Notes: a model not told the origin generated them from the sequence alone. DNA of 64,000 bases from an uncultured cyanobacterium (GCA_963719515.1 CAVRCJ010000011.1:416001-480000), one strand, 5' to 3'. Shown: positions 1 through 11,419, counted from the stretch's first letter. Numbers and translations are program-made.

Positions 1-1020
1 GGCCTCTGGAGAAATATGCTCATAGGTAAGCGGGTTACGCTGCACGGCGCTGACGTGGATGCCGCCTTTATGGGCAAACGCCGACAGGCCGACGAACGGG
101 GCATGGTCGTCGGGCGCGAGGTTCACCACCTCGCTGACGAACCGACTGGTGTCCGTCAGCTGCTGGAGCTGCTGCTCAGGGACGCAGGCGTAGCCCAGCT
201 TGAGCTGCAGGTTGGCAATTAGGGTACAGAGGTCGGCGTTGCCGCACCGCTCGCCGTAGCCGTTGATGGTCCCTTGGACCATCTGTGCCCCTTCCCTGAC
301 GGCGGCGATCGCATTGGCGACGGCAGTGCCAGAGTCGTTGTGGGTGTGGATACCGAGGCCGGGTCCCAGGGCATTCTGGGCAGCTGAACCCGTTAGCCCA
401 GTCTGCGGGCCTGTCTGCACCGCCGTATGGTCTACGACAGCCTTCACGGTTTCAGCCACGTCATGGGGCAAGGTGCCGCCGTTCGTATCGCATAGGACAA
501 CCCAGTCCACCCCAGCAGCGATCGCGACCCGTAGGGTCTCTAGGGCGTAGCTGGGGTTATGGCGATAGCCGTCAAACCAGTGCTCGGCGTCATAAATGAC
601 GCGACGGTTGTGCTGCCGGAAAAAGCGCACGGTGTCATCAATCATCGCTAGGTTCTCCTCTAGCGTAGTCTTGAGGCCATCGGTAACCTGCAGGTCCCAT
701 GACTTTCCAAATAGAGTTATCCAGCGGGTGCTGGCCGCTAGGACGGGCTGCAGCATGGCATCGCTATCGGCAGCGCGATTGGGGCGTCGCGTCGAGCAAA
801 AGGCAACCACTTCGGCCTGAGTCAGGGGCTGCTCTTGAAGCTGCCAGAAAAACTGGACGTCCTTGGGGTTGGCTCCTGGCCATCCGCCCTCAATAAACGG
901 CACTCCGAGGTGATCGAGCTTCCGCGCGATGCGAATCTTGTCGTCGCTAGACAGGGCCAAGCCTTCGCGCTGCGCGCCGTCTCGCAGCGTCGTATCGTAT
1001 ATAAAAAGGGGTTGAGTCAT
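1..1020 (-). CDS. cimA: Citramalate synthase (3' part outside window)
   Basis: Not in the ORF track. Manual translation from ATG at 1020 gives [20 protein letters not shown]...[12 protein letters not shown], the DRE-TIM/CimA signature. Confidence 0.9.
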   Translation of the reverse strand, partial: MTQPLFIYDTTLRDGAQREGLALSSDDKIRIARKLDHLGVPFIEGGWPGANPKDVQFFWQLQEQPLTQAEVVAFCSTRRPNRAADSDAMLQPVLAASTRWITLFGKSWDLQVTDGLKTTLEENLAMIDDTVRFFRQHNRRVIYDAEHWFDGYRHNPSYALETLRVAIAAGVDWVVLCDTNGGTLPHDVAETVKAVVDHTAVQTGPQTGLTGSAAQNALGPGLGIHTHNDSGTAVANAIAAVREGAQMVQGTINGYGERCGNADLCTLIANLQLKLGYACVPEQQLQQLTDTSRFVSEVVNLAPDDHAPFVGLSAFAHKGGIHVSAVQRNPLTYEHISPEA

Positions 1021-1133
1021 TACGTCACTCAATCAGCGCTAATCTAGCTTTAAAGCCTAGTGCAGGATTTGGGAATTTACCTAGGGCTTAGCAAGTCTTG
1101 ATATGCTACAGCTAATGCGACAGAGATTCGACG

Positions 1134-1511
1134 ATGCCCGAAGTAACCGTTTATAGCCCAGCAGAACAGGACTACGTTTTGACCTGCGATCGCGGTGACA
1201 ATTTACGGGAGGTGCTGCTGAACCACGGGGTGAACTTGTACAACGGACGAGCAGCCCTGATCAACTGCCACGGCTTGGGGACCTGCGGAACTTGCGCGGT
1301 TAGGATCGAGAGCGAGACGGAGGGCGCTGCATCACCCCCCAACTGGCGCGACAAAGCGCGGCGATCGCTGCCGCCTCATTCTCCCGACCGCGATCTGCGT
1401 CTAGCTTGCCAAACGCAGGTATTCGGCGATATTTCAATCACCAAATTTGATGGATTCTGGGGCCAGGGCACGAAGGCCGTAGCGGTAAGCCATCAGACTC
1501 CCCTAGAATAG
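1134..1511 (+). CDS. 2Fe-2S ferredoxin-type protein
   Basis: NCHGLGTCGTC and RLACQ cysteine motifs. Confidence 0.88.
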   Translation: MPEVTVYSPAEQDYVLTCDRGDNLREVLLNHGVNLYNGRAALINCHGLGTCGTCAVRIESETEGAASPPNWRDKARRSLPPHSPDRDLRLACQTQVFGDISITKFDGFWGQGTKAVAVSHQTPLE

Positions 1512-1569
1512 AACGTAGTAGATAATGTCGTTTGATTATCGGCATTAGCGACGCAGCAGACGCTGGGAG

Positions 1570-2016
1570 GTGGGTTTGGACCAGGTAATTGGAATCTTGA
1601 TCGTGGCGCTCATAATTTCGATCGTCATTGGGGCGATCGCTAGCGGCGCGCAGCGGCTGCTTGGGTTTGGCATCATTGCGGCGATCGCCACGGCGCTCAT
1701 CGGCGCAGTAACCGGATCTAGCTTTTCGCTACCCAACGTGGTGGGCGCTATTCAGCCCAACTCTGGTTTACCAGAGCGCATTGAGACCATCAATCCCGCA
1801 GCTGGCAGAACCACGGCGGCCCCAAGCAGCTCATTTGGCGAAGGCCAAATTGGCACCCCAGGTGCCGCTGATAATGGAGCCAATAACGGGGCCGCCACCT
1901 CGGGCGGTTCGGCAGCTGCCCCAGCGGGAACAGGCAGCACTGGGACAGGCAGCTCGGGCAGCGCCGGGGTAGGCACGCCCGCCAGTGAGTCTCGTCCTGT
2001 CAACGCACTGTGGTAG
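1570..2016 (+). CDS. Hypothetical membrane protein with Gly/Ala/Ser-rich tail ending PVNALW
   Basis: Two N-terminal hydrophobic helices; GGGAGG directly upstream of/overlapping the GTG start. Confidence 0.7.
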   Translation: MGLDQVIGILIVALIISIVIGAIASGAQRLLGFGIIAAIATALIGAVTGSSFSLPNVVGAIQPNSGLPERIETINPAAGRTTAAPSSSFGEGQIGTPGAADNGANNGAATSGGSAAAPAGTGSTGTGSSGSAGVGTPASESRPVNALW

Positions 2017-2098
2017 CCTGTCAAAACGCGATCGCCACTTCAACTAGCCAAGACTAGCCGAGAAAATTGACGTTAAGCTACCCTTTGAGTTCACGAGC

Positions 2099-4207
2099 GT
2101 GACTGATGTTCTTGTTTTGGGCGGCGGCATCATTGGACTCGCCATCGCCGTAGAGCTACGGCTGCGGGGAGCTACCGTAACCGTGCTCACTCGTGATTTT
2201 CAGGAGGCAGCGGCTCGGGCGGCGGCGGGAATGCTTGCGCCCCATGCAGAGGCCCTTCCTCCCGGACCGCTGCTCGATTTTTGCCGCTATAGCCTGCAGC
2301 TCTACCCGGATTGGATTGACACTCTAGAAGCCTTAAGCAACCAGTCCACCGGGTACTGGCCCTGCGGAATTCTAGCGCCACAGTACGACCCCCTTCACCC
2401 TCAACCCAACGGGGGTGCAACCCATACCACAGGCCAATGGCTAGATGCTGAAGCGATTCGCCATGCTCAGCCTGGACTAGGATCTGAAGTTCAAGGCGGA
2501 TGGTGGTTTCCAGAAGACGGTCAGATCGATAACCGCCGGCTCTTTCAGGCAATTCACCAGGCAGCAAAAGCGCTGGGAGTCGTGGTTCACACTGGGGTTG
2601 AGGTTGAGACAATAACCCATCACGGCGATCGCGTTACCGGCGTTCGCGTAAGCGGCGCTTTAGAGCGTGGCGCTCTAGTGAGTAGCGCTCCAGTGAGTGG
2701 CGCTCAAACTAGCTCCCCCATCACCCGATGGCAAGCTGACCATTACGTTGTCGCTACGGGAGCTTGGGCGCGGCAGCTAGTTCCCGTGCCGGTTCAGCCC
2801 TGTAAAGGCGAAATGCTCGCCGTCCGCTGCCCAGAGACCGCGCCTCCCCTGCAGCAGGTGCTGTTTGGCCCTGACATATACATCGTGCCGCGCCGCGATG
2901 GACGGATTGTTATTGGGGCCACGATGGAGCCTGGAATGACCCCGGGCAATACGCCCCAGGGAATGCAGCAGCTGTTAGCGCGCGCGATTCGCCTTTACCC
3001 AGGGCTCAAGTCTTACCCAATTGAGGACTGCTGGTGGGGGTTCCGCCCGCAGACGCCGGACGAGATGCCGATTTTAGGAGCAGGGCACTGTCACAACCTC
3101 ACCCTCGCCATCGGCCACCACCGCAACGGCATCTTGATGGCCCCGGCCACCGCCCAGCTCGTAGCCAACCAGATTTGGCCCGCTGCTGATAGTGCATCCA
3201 AAAGCGCGATCGAACCAGGCATCGATATTAAGCAGTTTAGCTGGACCCGGTTTTTAGGCCAGGCCGCCGCGCTCCCAACGCCTCCGACTGCTGCCCTCAC
3301 CGACCCAAGAATCGATACAATAGTTCACCCATCCCTTAGCGACCCTACCCCAGCTATGTCACCCCAAATCGCTGCCCCTCCGTCCAACGCCACATCGACT
3401 CTCTCAGTGCCCGTTGACGACGGGCTAGTCATTGCCGGCCGGACGTTCCGCTCCCGCCTGATGACCGGGACGGGGAAATACCGCAGCTTTGACCACATGC
3501 GGCAGGCGATCGCCATCAGCGGCTGCGAGATTGTGACGGTGGCGGTGCGCCGCGTTCAGACGGCGGCCTCCGGTCACGAGGGGTTGGCCGAAGCTCTAGA
3601 CTGGACAAAACTATGGATGCTGCCCAACACCGCAGGCTGCAAAACTGCCGAAGACGCGGTGCGGGTGGCGCGGCTTGGCCGAGAGATGGCGAAGCTCTTG
3701 GGTCAGGAGGACAACAATTTCGTCAAGCTCGAAGTCATTCCCGACGCCAAGTACCTGCTGCCCGACCCTATCGGCACGCTGCAGGCGGCTGAGCAGCTCG
3801 TGAAAGAGGGGTTTGCCGTCTTGCCCTATATCAACGCTGACCCCCTGCTGGCCCGTCGATTGGAGGAGGCAGGATGCGCCACGGTGATGCCTTTAGGCTC
3901 CCCGATTGGCTCGGGGCAGGGGATCAAAAACGCCGCCAATATTCAAATCATCGTGGAAACCGCCACCGTACCCGTGGTGGTGGATGCGGGCATCGGCACC
4001 CCCAGCGAAGCCGCCCAGGCCATGGAGTTAGGCGCTGATGCACTGCTAGTCAACACGGCGATCGCCCAGGCAGAAAACCCAGTCGCGATGGCCAAGGCAA
4101 TGGCGCTAGCCGCCGACGCGGGCTGGCTGGCTGCCAGCGCAGGCCGCGTTCCCGTCAAATCCTACGCTAGCGCGAGTTCGCCGCAGACGGGAACTATAAC
4201 GTCCTAG
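2099..4207 (+). CDS. thiOG: Glycine oxidase ThiO - thiazole synthase ThiG fusion
   Basis: N-terminal GGGIIG FAD motif, AAAGMLAP and [11 protein letters not shown] (ThiO); C-terminal [35 protein letters not shown] (ThiG). Confidence 0.93.
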   Translation: MTDVLVLGGGIIGLAIAVELRLRGATVTVLTRDFQEAAARAAAGMLAPHAEALPPGPLLDFCRYSLQLYPDWIDTLEALSNQSTGYWPCGILAPQYDPLHPQPNGGATHTTGQWLDAEAIRHAQPGLGSEVQGGWWFPEDGQIDNRRLFQAIHQAAKALGVVVHTGVEVETITHHGDRVTGVRVSGALERGALVSSAPVSGAQTSSPITRWQADHYVVATGAWARQLVPVPVQPCKGEMLAVRCPETAPPLQQVLFGPDIYIVPRRDGRIVIGATMEPGMTPGNTPQGMQQLLARAIRLYPGLKSYPIEDCWWGFRPQTPDEMPILGAGHCHNLTLAIGHHRNGILMAPATAQLVANQIWPAADSASKSAIEPGIDIKQFSWTRFLGQAAALPTPPTAALTDPRIDTIVHPSLSDPTPAMSPQIAAPPSNATSTLSVPVDDGLVIAGRTFRSRLMTGTGKYRSFDHMRQAIAISGCEIVTVAVRRVQTAASGHEGLAEALDWTKLWMLPNTAGCKTAEDAVRVARLGREMAKLLGQEDNNFVKLEVIPDAKYLLPDPIGTLQAAEQLVKEGFAVLPYINADPLLARRLEEAGCATVMPLGSPIGSGQGIKNAANIQIIVETATVPVVVDAGIGTPSEAAQAMELGADALLVNTAIAQAENPVAMAKAMALAADAGWLAASAGRVPVKSYASASSPQTGTITS

Positions 4208-4340
4208 GGGCGCTGCGCCTGCCGTGGAGTCTCGAACTACGTCAAAAGGCTCAACTTTTTGATAAACTCAACATCAAACGTGACTTATTGTTACGTTTTT
4301 GTTACAATCGATGAAACTAAAGTAGCTAAGGAAATTTCCC

Positions 4341-4511
4341 ATGCCATATACCGTAGAAGAAGGTGGTCGCCTCAACAACTTCGCCGCTGAGCCCAAGGTT
4401 TACCAGGCTGAGCCCCCGAACCCCACGCAAAAGCGTAACTACATCGTTCTTGCGGTCGGAGCTGCTGTCTTAATTGCAGGCGTGCTTTCTATTGCGGTTT
4501 CCGTTTCTTAG
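4341..4511 (+). CDS. psb34: Photosystem II assembly factor Psb34 (Ssl1498 family), 56 aa
   Basis: Below the ORF-track cutoff. MPYTVEEGGRLNNFAAEPKVYQAEPPNPTQKRNYIVLAVGAAVLIAGVLFIAVSVS has the GRLNNFAxEPKVY motif plus one TM helix; AAGGA RBS. Confidence 0.9.
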   Translation: MPYTVEEGGRLNNFAAEPKVYQAEPPNPTQKRNYIVLAVGAAVLIAGVLSIAVSVS

Positions 4512-4629
4512 CAGGGTCTTGTTAACGCAGCGGCGTGGGCAGGCACGATGTCGTAAGCAAAACGCAAGCGGCCAACTCTTATCTGTTTGCCTAAGTTAGC
4601 TGCTAAGACTTACTTTATATTCCAAATTG

Positions 4630-4666
4630 AGGGTCAGATTCTAAGTTATAGAGTCTGACCCTTTCC
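4630..4666 (+). terminator. Hairpin downstream of psb34
   Basis: AGGGTCAGATTCTA / TAGAGTCTGACCCT stem followed by pyrimidines. Confidence 0.55.
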
Positions 4667-4797
4667 TATTGCTGTCACTCCTCATTTCCATCCTGACCCT
4701 AGACCTGCCAAGCCGTAAAGATAGCTATAGTGCTGGTCCTGACAACCATGACGCTACATCCCAGTTACTGACGCCGATACCGGGTTTGGAAGTTGCC

Positions 4798-7731
4798 GTG
4801 ACAGACATCCTTTTACGCCAATCGCTTGATGTGAATACAAAGATTTATAATCGTCTGAAGGCCGCGCTGCGACTAAACTTGAGGCGGCAAATCTTTGTTG
4901 CGGTCTGTGACGACCTGGCCTTACGCGATCGCCTTGCGGACCAGCTTCAAAAGGAAGTTACCTACGCCGCGATTAGCGCCAGACGGCGGGGTCAGCTCGC
5001 AGAGGCAAGACGGCTGCGTATCTATCCGCGTCTGGTCACTCTGCACCTAGATTTAGCAGACCCAAACCCCATCAACCAGATGTCTCAGTGGCTGCGACAG
5101 TTTCCCCCACCGGCTGCCGCCGGGTCAGCAATGCCCGCCTTCCAGCTGTTGGGGATCGAGCAGCTCAGCCGTCAGCCCGCCTCGAGCCAGTGGCTGTTTC
5201 TAAACCATCTGCAGAGCGTCGAGCGGAGTTTACCGGCCTTAGAGTCGAGCCTGCTGCTCTGGGTTCCCCGACCCTGGGGCAGGATGATTCCTCAGTCAGC
5301 GCCAGACTTTTGGCGCTGCCGCACCGCCGTGTTCGAATTCGAAGGCGACCCCACCCCGCTCCCCGCCGCAGCGCTGCCTCAATCCACGGTGCCCACCAGC
5401 ATCTTTATTCAGCCCCAGCGACAGTCCCCCCTCCCCAAGGCCACCTCTCAAGGAACAATAGATCTATCGCCCGATGAAGTGGCTCTGCTCAAGTCCGAGC
5501 TACCAATGCCGTCCTCTGATATGGCTCCCCTTCCGTCTTCCCTTTCCAGTGGCGATGGCGCGAGCTCCATGGCTGCGCTGCCAGCAGCTGATGGGACGTC
5601 AGTCTCTAAAACATCCCCCGAGCCCATTGAGGCATCGCCTACTGGAGCGGACACCCCCATTACCCATGACGAGCAGACAACCGCTGCCTCTATTTCAGCG
5701 CCTTCTACAGAAGATTTGCCCCCCCCTCAGCAGCCCTCCCCAGCAGAGAAACCCAGTAGCCCACCGCTAACAACGCCTTTAACACCGCCCAACGCGGCTC
5801 AAGCCCAAGACTTAGGTCAGGCCTTACGAGAGCTGCTCGGTGATTCGGCTTCTGGCCCAGACGAGTCGGCTACTACCGACCCTTCAGCTGACATGGCTCA
5901 TAGCGAGGAGCGCGACGCTGGTGCGGAGGCGGTACCAGATAGCGCTCTGCAGAATGGCCTGCAGAATGACGCCGTGGAGAGTGAGACGGTGCAGAACGAC
6001 ACCGTGCAGAACGACACCGTGCCAAACGTTATCCCGTACAGCGAGGCTGCGCAACAAGACGCAGCACCGTTCGAAACAAGTCACACCGACAGAGTCCCGC
6101 CAGACCCCCTACCCATCGCTCAAGCGGATAGCGAGATATACCACCTAGAGCCAGAGGAAGACAACCTTGAGCAAGACGATACGTTTGACGTCCCCTTAGG
6201 GCTACCGCCGCTTGCGGATACCTTCACGCTAGACGACCTTGACCCATTCGATCCCGCTGACTTAGACCTCACTGTATCTGGGGATTCAGAAGAGTCCATC
6301 GACCCCTCTACGCGCTACGACGTAGACTACAGCGACAGTGAAACCGGCGACGATGAGCTAGAAATTGTTGACGCTGCTCCCCACTATGTCTATTCTGGGG
6401 TCGTAGATTCACCCTCTCAATCGGCATCCGCACCCGCGATGCCCGCACCGTCAAACCTAATGCAGCTGTTTGCCGACGAGGCCAGCGATCCCCGCGTTCT
6501 CAACATTCTCAGTCAGATCAGAGGCCTCCAGGATCAGCAAGCTCCGCCGACGGTACTTGCAGGCGCTTACCGAGCCTTAGGCAATCTATTCCGCGATCGC
6601 ATTGAGCAGGGGGAGATTTCTCCGCCAACCCTCCAGCGGGCCATGGCTGCCTACGAGCAGGTATTGCACTATACCCCCGAGTCCTCGCCGATGCGGGCCG
6701 AGGTTCTCAACGACATGGGTAACCTCAGCTGGCTGCTCTCCCGCTGCAGCCAAGGCCCGGAGCAGTGCTTGCCCCATCTACACCACAGCATCCAGTCCTA
6801 TCAGCAGGCGCTCGTGCAGATTGCTCCCGATACCCATCCCCAGACCTACCCCATGATTCAAAACAATCTAGGGGCGGCCTACGGGGACTTGGCCCGCTAT
6901 CAGAATCCGGCGGAAAACCTGCAAAAGTCGACCCAAGCGTACCAAGAAGCGCTGCGCTACCGTAGCGCTGAGCAAGATCCGATGCGCTATGCCTCAACCC
7001 AAAACAACCTGGGCACCACCTATTGGAACTTAGCCCAGCACCAAGAGCCTATCCATCACCTGAAAGCGGCGATCGCCTCCTATGACAGTGCCCTGACTTA
7101 CTATAAGCCTGAGCAGGATGCCCTCAACTACGCCATGATTCAGAACAATCTGGGCACCGCCTACTGGAACTTGGCCCAGCATGAGCATTCTGAAGAATGG
7201 CTCCGTCAGGCTATCAACGCCTATCAGCTGGCCCTAGAGTACCGGACGCTAACCGCCTCCCCTGCTGCCTTCGCCGCAACGCAAAACAATCTTGGAACAG
7301 CCCATTGGCACGTCGCTAACTACATCGATGAAGAACCCCAAGCGCGCTTTAATTCCTTGCAGCAGGCGATGCGCGCCTATGAAGCCGCACTGCAGGCCGT
7401 AGACTATTTGCAGCAGAGTGATCGCCCCACGCCGCTCAACTTTGACGTGACGGCAACCCGCAACAATCTGGGGCTAGTGCAGTACCAAACGGCCACCGAT
7501 AGCCAGTTTGACACCGCTGAGCTAAGCGAGACCTACCTCAATACCGCCTTAGAGCATCATCTTGCGGCCTTACAGGGATGGCAAGGTCGACCCGAACTTC
7601 GGCAGACGGCAATGAACTGCGTCATTCAAACGCTGCAGGCAATCTACAAGACCAAAGGACTGGTGGGGCAGAATCTTGCGCTCTCCAATGTCCCCGGTCA
7701 GCTGCTGCCCGAAATTTTGCCTAAGCTGTGA
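4798..7731 (+). CDS. Tetratricopeptide repeat protein with long acidic/Pro-rich linker
   Basis: Repeated QNNLGTxYWNLAQ TPR units. GTG 4798 preferred as start; the ORF is open from 4669. Confidence 0.85.
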   Translation: MTDILLRQSLDVNTKIYNRLKAALRLNLRRQIFVAVCDDLALRDRLADQLQKEVTYAAISARRRGQLAEARRLRIYPRLVTLHLDLADPNPINQMSQWLRQFPPPAAAGSAMPAFQLLGIEQLSRQPASSQWLFLNHLQSVERSLPALESSLLLWVPRPWGRMIPQSAPDFWRCRTAVFEFEGDPTPLPAAALPQSTVPTSIFIQPQRQSPLPKATSQGTIDLSPDEVALLKSELPMPSSDMAPLPSSLSSGDGASSMAALPAADGTSVSKTSPEPIEASPTGADTPITHDEQTTAASISAPSTEDLPPPQQPSPAEKPSSPPLTTPLTPPNAAQAQDLGQALRELLGDSASGPDESATTDPSADMAHSEERDAGAEAVPDSALQNGLQNDAVESETVQNDTVQNDTVPNVIPYSEAAQQDAAPFETSHTDRVPPDPLPIAQADSEIYHLEPEEDNLEQDDTFDVPLGLPPLADTFTLDDLDPFDPADLDLTVSGDSEESIDPSTRYDVDYSDSETGDDELEIVDAAPHYVYSGVVDSPSQSASAPAMPAPSNLMQLFADEASDPRVLNILSQIRGLQDQQAPPTVLAGAYRALGNLFRDRIEQGEISPPTLQRAMAAYEQVLHYTPESSPMRAEVLNDMGNLSWLLSRCSQGPEQCLPHLHHSIQSYQQALVQIAPDTHPQTYPMIQNNLGAAYGDLARYQNPAENLQKSTQAYQEALRYRSAEQDPMRYASTQNNLGTTYWNLAQHQEPIHHLKAAIASYDSALTYYKPEQDALNYAMIQNNLGTAYWNLAQHEHSEEWLRQAINAYQLALEYRTLTASPAAFAATQNNLGTAHWHVANYIDEEPQARFNSLQQAMRAYEAALQAVDYLQQSDRPTPLNFDVTATRNNLGLVQYQTATDSQFDTAELSETYLNTALEHHLAALQGWQGRPELRQTAMNCVIQTLQAIYKTKGLVGQNLALSNVPGQLLPEILPKL

Positions 7732-8034
7732 TTCTTTCTCACTTTCCTCAATTGTTGTAGCTTTTAGCACATGACCTACCGACAAAGGTTGTGTTAGCCT
7801 TAAAAGAGTCAGGGGGTTGACTGCTATTGGACTTGAGCAGGGCTTTCGCAACCTTTCACTGAGCCAAACTGAGCTAATATTAGCTGCATTCGCCGCGCTG
7901 CTTTGGGTGATGCAGGTGTCTAAATACACTTTTGAGCAGTAAGCGTTTTGACCAGTGGGTCTACCAAATCCAGGCTCAATCTCTGCCTGGCTCAATTCGA
8001 CGCAGGTACACCTGATCTTTATTACCCCTAGGCA

Positions 8035-9375
8035 ATGTTGAGTTCTCCCGAATTGATTCGAGAGTTTCCAGTTCCGGTTCGGCTAGAGCAATCGACACAG
8101 CGTAGGCTGACTGCTCGCTCAACGCTGCAGGAACTGTCTAGTTACGACGTTGCGCTATCAACGTCGCAGCTGACAAAAGAAGTTTCTGAGGCGTTCGACC
8201 TCAATTCACTGCTGCCTGGAATTTTGCTGATCGACCAGGGCAATTTTATCGGCATGCTCTCCCGGCAGCGGTTCTTGCAGCAGATGAGCAAGCCCTATAG
8301 TCTAGAGCCTTTTCTAGAGCGCCCGTTGGCGTTACTCTACCGCCTGCTAAACCGTAGCCCCCTCGTTCTTAAACAAGACCTGGAGATTATAGATGCTGTC
8401 AGCGCCGCCCTTGAGCGCTCAGCCGACGATCGCTATGAGCCTGTTGTCATCCATCACGGCGATCGCTATTCTCTCGTAGACTTTCATCACCTTTTGATAG
8501 CTCAGTCTCGGATTCATCAACTCACCGCTGAGCTTCTAGATCAGCGAACCCAAGACTATCTCGTGCAAACCGAGAAGATGGCGAGCTTAGGGCGAATGGT
8601 GGCGGGGGTTTCTCACGAAATTAAAAACCCAGTGAACTGCATTCACGGAAACGTTGATTTCGTCAGTCAGTACAGCAGCGGGCTGCTAGAGCTTCTCACG
8701 CTGTATCAGCGGGCCGTCGCAAGCTCTAGCACTGTCGATACGGTCCAAATCGATGAGGCCGAAGCTGAACTAGATCTAGACTTTCTGCGGCAGGATTTGC
8801 CTAAGTTACTCAGGAGCCTCTCTTTCGCCTCTGAGCGACTGTTCGACATCGTGTCCAGTCTGAGAAACTTTTCGAGGTTTGACCGAGAAGAAAGGCAGCC
8901 CGTCGACATCCACAAAATCTTAGACGGTACACTGCTCGTCCTCAATGGCCGCATCGGACAAGACATCGACGTCGTCAAGCAGTATGAAAAACTGCCTCAA
9001 GTGACGTGCTATCCCGGTCAAATTGGGCAGGTGTTTATGAACATCGTCTCTAATGCGGTTGAAGCCCTCAGCGAGAGGGCAAACAGCTCAGGTGGCGTAG
9101 GCAGCCCTTGGCGACCGCAGCTCTCGCTGACAACGAAGGCTCTGTCGGGGCCAGGCCGTGTTTTGATTCGGATCGGCGATAACGGTAGTGGAATTCCCCC
9201 CGAGATTCAGCGGCAGATTTTCAAAGAGTTTTCTACGACCAAATCCATAGACGAAGGCACTGGATTAGGACTCGCGATCAGCCATCAGATTGTGGAGAAT
9301 CACCAGGGCGCTATCAGCCTGCGATCGCAGGTCGAGGTGGGGACAGAATTCGACATTACGCTGCCGATGCCCTAA
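8035..9375 (+). CDS. Sensor histidine kinase (CBS-like N-terminus)
   Basis: H-box EKMASLGRMVAGVSHEIKNP, N-box QVFMNIVSNA, DNGSGI, GTGLGL. Confidence 0.9.
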   Translation: MLSSPELIREFPVPVRLEQSTQRRLTARSTLQELSSYDVALSTSQLTKEVSEAFDLNSLLPGILLIDQGNFIGMLSRQRFLQQMSKPYSLEPFLERPLALLYRLLNRSPLVLKQDLEIIDAVSAALERSADDRYEPVVIHHGDRYSLVDFHHLLIAQSRIHQLTAELLDQRTQDYLVQTEKMASLGRMVAGVSHEIKNPVNCIHGNVDFVSQYSSGLLELLTLYQRAVASSSTVDTVQIDEAEAELDLDFLRQDLPKLLRSLSFASERLFDIVSSLRNFSRFDREERQPVDIHKILDGTLLVLNGRIGQDIDVVKQYEKLPQVTCYPGQIGQVFMNIVSNAVEALSERANSSGGVGSPWRPQLSLTTKALSGPGRVLIRIGDNGSGIPPEIQRQIFKEFSTTKSIDEGTGLGLAISHQIVENHQGAISLRSQVEVGTEFDITLPMP

Positions 9376-9412
9376 CTGTCGCTGACAGCCCGTTGGGCGA
9401 TCGCGCCGCCGT

Positions 9413-10033
9413 CTATTCCTCTAGGACCTGCTCGCTTCGCCTAGATCGCCACAGCGTGACCCCTAGCCAAACCGCAACTAGTCCCAGCAGCAGTAAACCA
9501 AATTCTCCTGTCCAGGTGACAAGCTGTGCCAAAGGAACAACGCGCCCGACAAAAAATGCCAGACTCGTCATCGCCGATGCCCAGGTAATGGCCCCTAACG
9601 TATTGCAGGCCAAGAACTTGAGATAGGGCATCTCGCTGATGCCCGCCATCGGCCCTGCGAAGATGCGCAGTAGGGCGACAAACCGTCCCAAAATTACAGC
9701 GCGAACGGCATTTTTTGCAAACTGCTCCCGCACCGCTACTAGCTGATCCTCGCTGAAGCGAAACAAGCGCCCTAGGCGCAGCAGCAGCGGCCACCCGCCC
9801 CAAACGCCAAACCAGTAGCCTAGGTTGTCTCCGACGATGGCCCCCGCGGTGGCGCTCGCCAACACCTTCCAGTACTGCAGCTCGCCGGTCCCGGCTAAAA
9901 AGCCCCCCACCAGCGTAATCGTCTCTCCAGGTAGGGGAACGCCGGCGTTTTCCAGCATAATGCCCAAGCTAATCGCCCAATAGCCGTAGTCGCGGGCGAT
10001 CGCCTGCAGCGTTTCTAAGGATAATAGTTCCAT
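9413..10033 (-). CDS. dedA: DedA family membrane protein
   Basis: LENAGVPLPGE, GDNLGYW and GRFVALLRIFAGPMAG motifs. Confidence 0.9.
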   Translation of the reverse strand: MELLSLETLQAIARDYGYWAISLGIMLENAGVPLPGETITLVGGFLAGTGELQYWKVLASATAGAIVGDNLGYWFGVWGGWPLLLRLGRLFRFSEDQLVAVREQFAKNAVRAVILGRFVALLRIFAGPMAGISEMPYLKFLACNTLGAITWASAMTSLAFFVGRVVPLAQLVTWTGEFGLLLLGLVAVWLGVTLWRSRRSEQVLEE

Positions 10034-10043
10034 CAAAAATAGC

Positions 10044-10670
10044 TTATTTCTGAGCTGTCGGCTGAGGCAGGACACCGTTTAAGAAAATGTCGGCGATGCC
10101 CTCTGCCATAGCCTTACGCTCCTCTAGCGAGTTGTCTTCGGGCATTAAGGTCCCGTCGCTGAACCCAGCAACGGTGAACATCCCTAAGAAAACCTTTGCC
10201 AGCAGGCGAGGGTCCATGGGGCGGTAAATGCCTCGCTCTATCGCCGTTTCAAAAAAGGCTTCCGTCACCCCCATCATTTTGTCGATCACGTCAGTCTGGA
10301 CGCGATCGCGCAAGTCGGGATGAAACTGGGCTTCCATAAAGCAAACCCGCAGCATATCTGCATTTTGGTTGAAGCTCAGCATTCGGCGGCGCATTACCTG
10401 GTCAATGGCCTTGTAGCTTCCCATCTCGCTCAGCTCGGTGAGCAGATCCGTCAGCAGATCAACCCAGCCTCGCGTGACGACCTCAATCAGGATTGCTTTT
10501 TTATTCTCAAAGTGACGGAACAAGGTGCCCTCAGCAACACCGGCCGACTGCGCTAGCTCTTTTGTCGTAGTACCCGCGTAGCCTCGGCGGGAAAAGAGCT
10601 GCTGGGCTTTATCGATGATTCGGGTTTGAACTTCTGCTTCAGTCTTCGGAGGGCGATGAAATACTTTCAT
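10044..10670 (-). CDS. TetR/AcrR family transcriptional regulator
   Basis: HTH GYAGTTTKELAQSAGVAEGTLFRHFENK. Confidence 0.9.
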   Translation of the reverse strand: MKVFHRPPKTEAEVQTRIIDKAQQLFSRRGYAGTTTKELAQSAGVAEGTLFRHFENKKAILIEVVTRGWVDLLTDLLTELSEMGSYKAIDQVMRRRMLSFNQNADMLRVCFMEAQFHPDLRDRVQTDVIDKMMGVTEAFFETAIERGIYRPMDPRLLAKVFLGMFTVAGFSDGTLMPEDNSLEERKAMAEGIADIFLNGVLPQPTAQK

Positions 10671-10959
10671 AAAGGAGGTGCGGTCAGTCCGCTTCAAGCA
10701 GATAAGTTCAATCAAGCCGGCTAATCAACCAGCGCCGGAGAGCGCATAGGTAAGCAATAGCCAATGATGCCATACCTAGATTGTCTACCGACTCACTGGT
10801 AAATGACAATTATGTGACCGCAATGATCACATTGTTTACAGTGTGTAATCACAACCGGTAGCGATCGCTACTGGACGCTCACTGTCTTGGTTGAAAGGGT
10901 ATCGTCAGAGAGATATACCCGAGACAGTCTTTGGCCCGAGCTTGTCTAAAATCAGACGT

Positions 10960-10990
10960 AAAAAAAAGTAGCGCCCCTAAGAACGCTACT
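10960..10990 (-). terminator. Rho-independent terminator downstream of the DUF3155 gene
   Basis: AGTAGCG/CGCTACT stem next to an A8 run (U8 on the minus strand). Confidence 0.65.
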
Positions 10991-11101
10991 CGATTTTGGA
11001 ACAGCTGTCAGCACAGGCCCGGTCTACCTGTTTAGCAAGGCCGACAAGATGCGGCCATCCAAACGCTGTTGAGATGCAAACCAGGCTCGCTAGGTCACGG
11101 C

Positions 11102-11419
11102 TTACTTCGTAGTACTGAGCACCAGCGCCTCGCCATTCTCTTCATAGAGACAGCTCAGGCTGGGGAAGAGGAAGTGATTCTCCTCAACATACTGGGCTCC
11201 AAAGAGCCCCTTCTCCGCCCAAAAATACCGATCGGTCGTGTGCTCGTTTCGCTTGACGAGCAGTACCGCTGGCGGAAGAATTCCCTCAGAATGGATAAAC
11301 TTCCGTGCAGCCGTCACTGGCTTATCGTTCCCGCTCTCGATGCTATACTGCGGAACCTGCTCCAGAATCCTACGTCCCTCCAGGCGACGGCGGCTCTTGC
11401 GCTTGCGTCTTCTAGCCAA
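11102..11419 (-). CDS. DUF3155 family conserved cyanobacterial protein
   Basis: MARRRKRKSRRRLEGRRILE...KPVTAARKFI...TTDRYFWAEKGLFGAQY; TTG start after tandem GGAGG/AGGAGG. Confidence 0.85.
   Translation of the reverse strand: MARRRKRKSRRRLEGRRILEQVPQYSIESGNDKPVTAARKFIHSEGILPPAVLLVKRNEHTTDRYFWAEKGLFGAQYVEENHFLFPSLSCLYEENGEALVLSTTK

Noticed and set aside
16..1047. Plus-strand ORFs in the track
   Set aside because: Antisense shadows of cimA on the minus strand.
10813..10831. TGTGA...TCACA as a CRP site
   Set aside because: Spacer is 9 nt, not 6.
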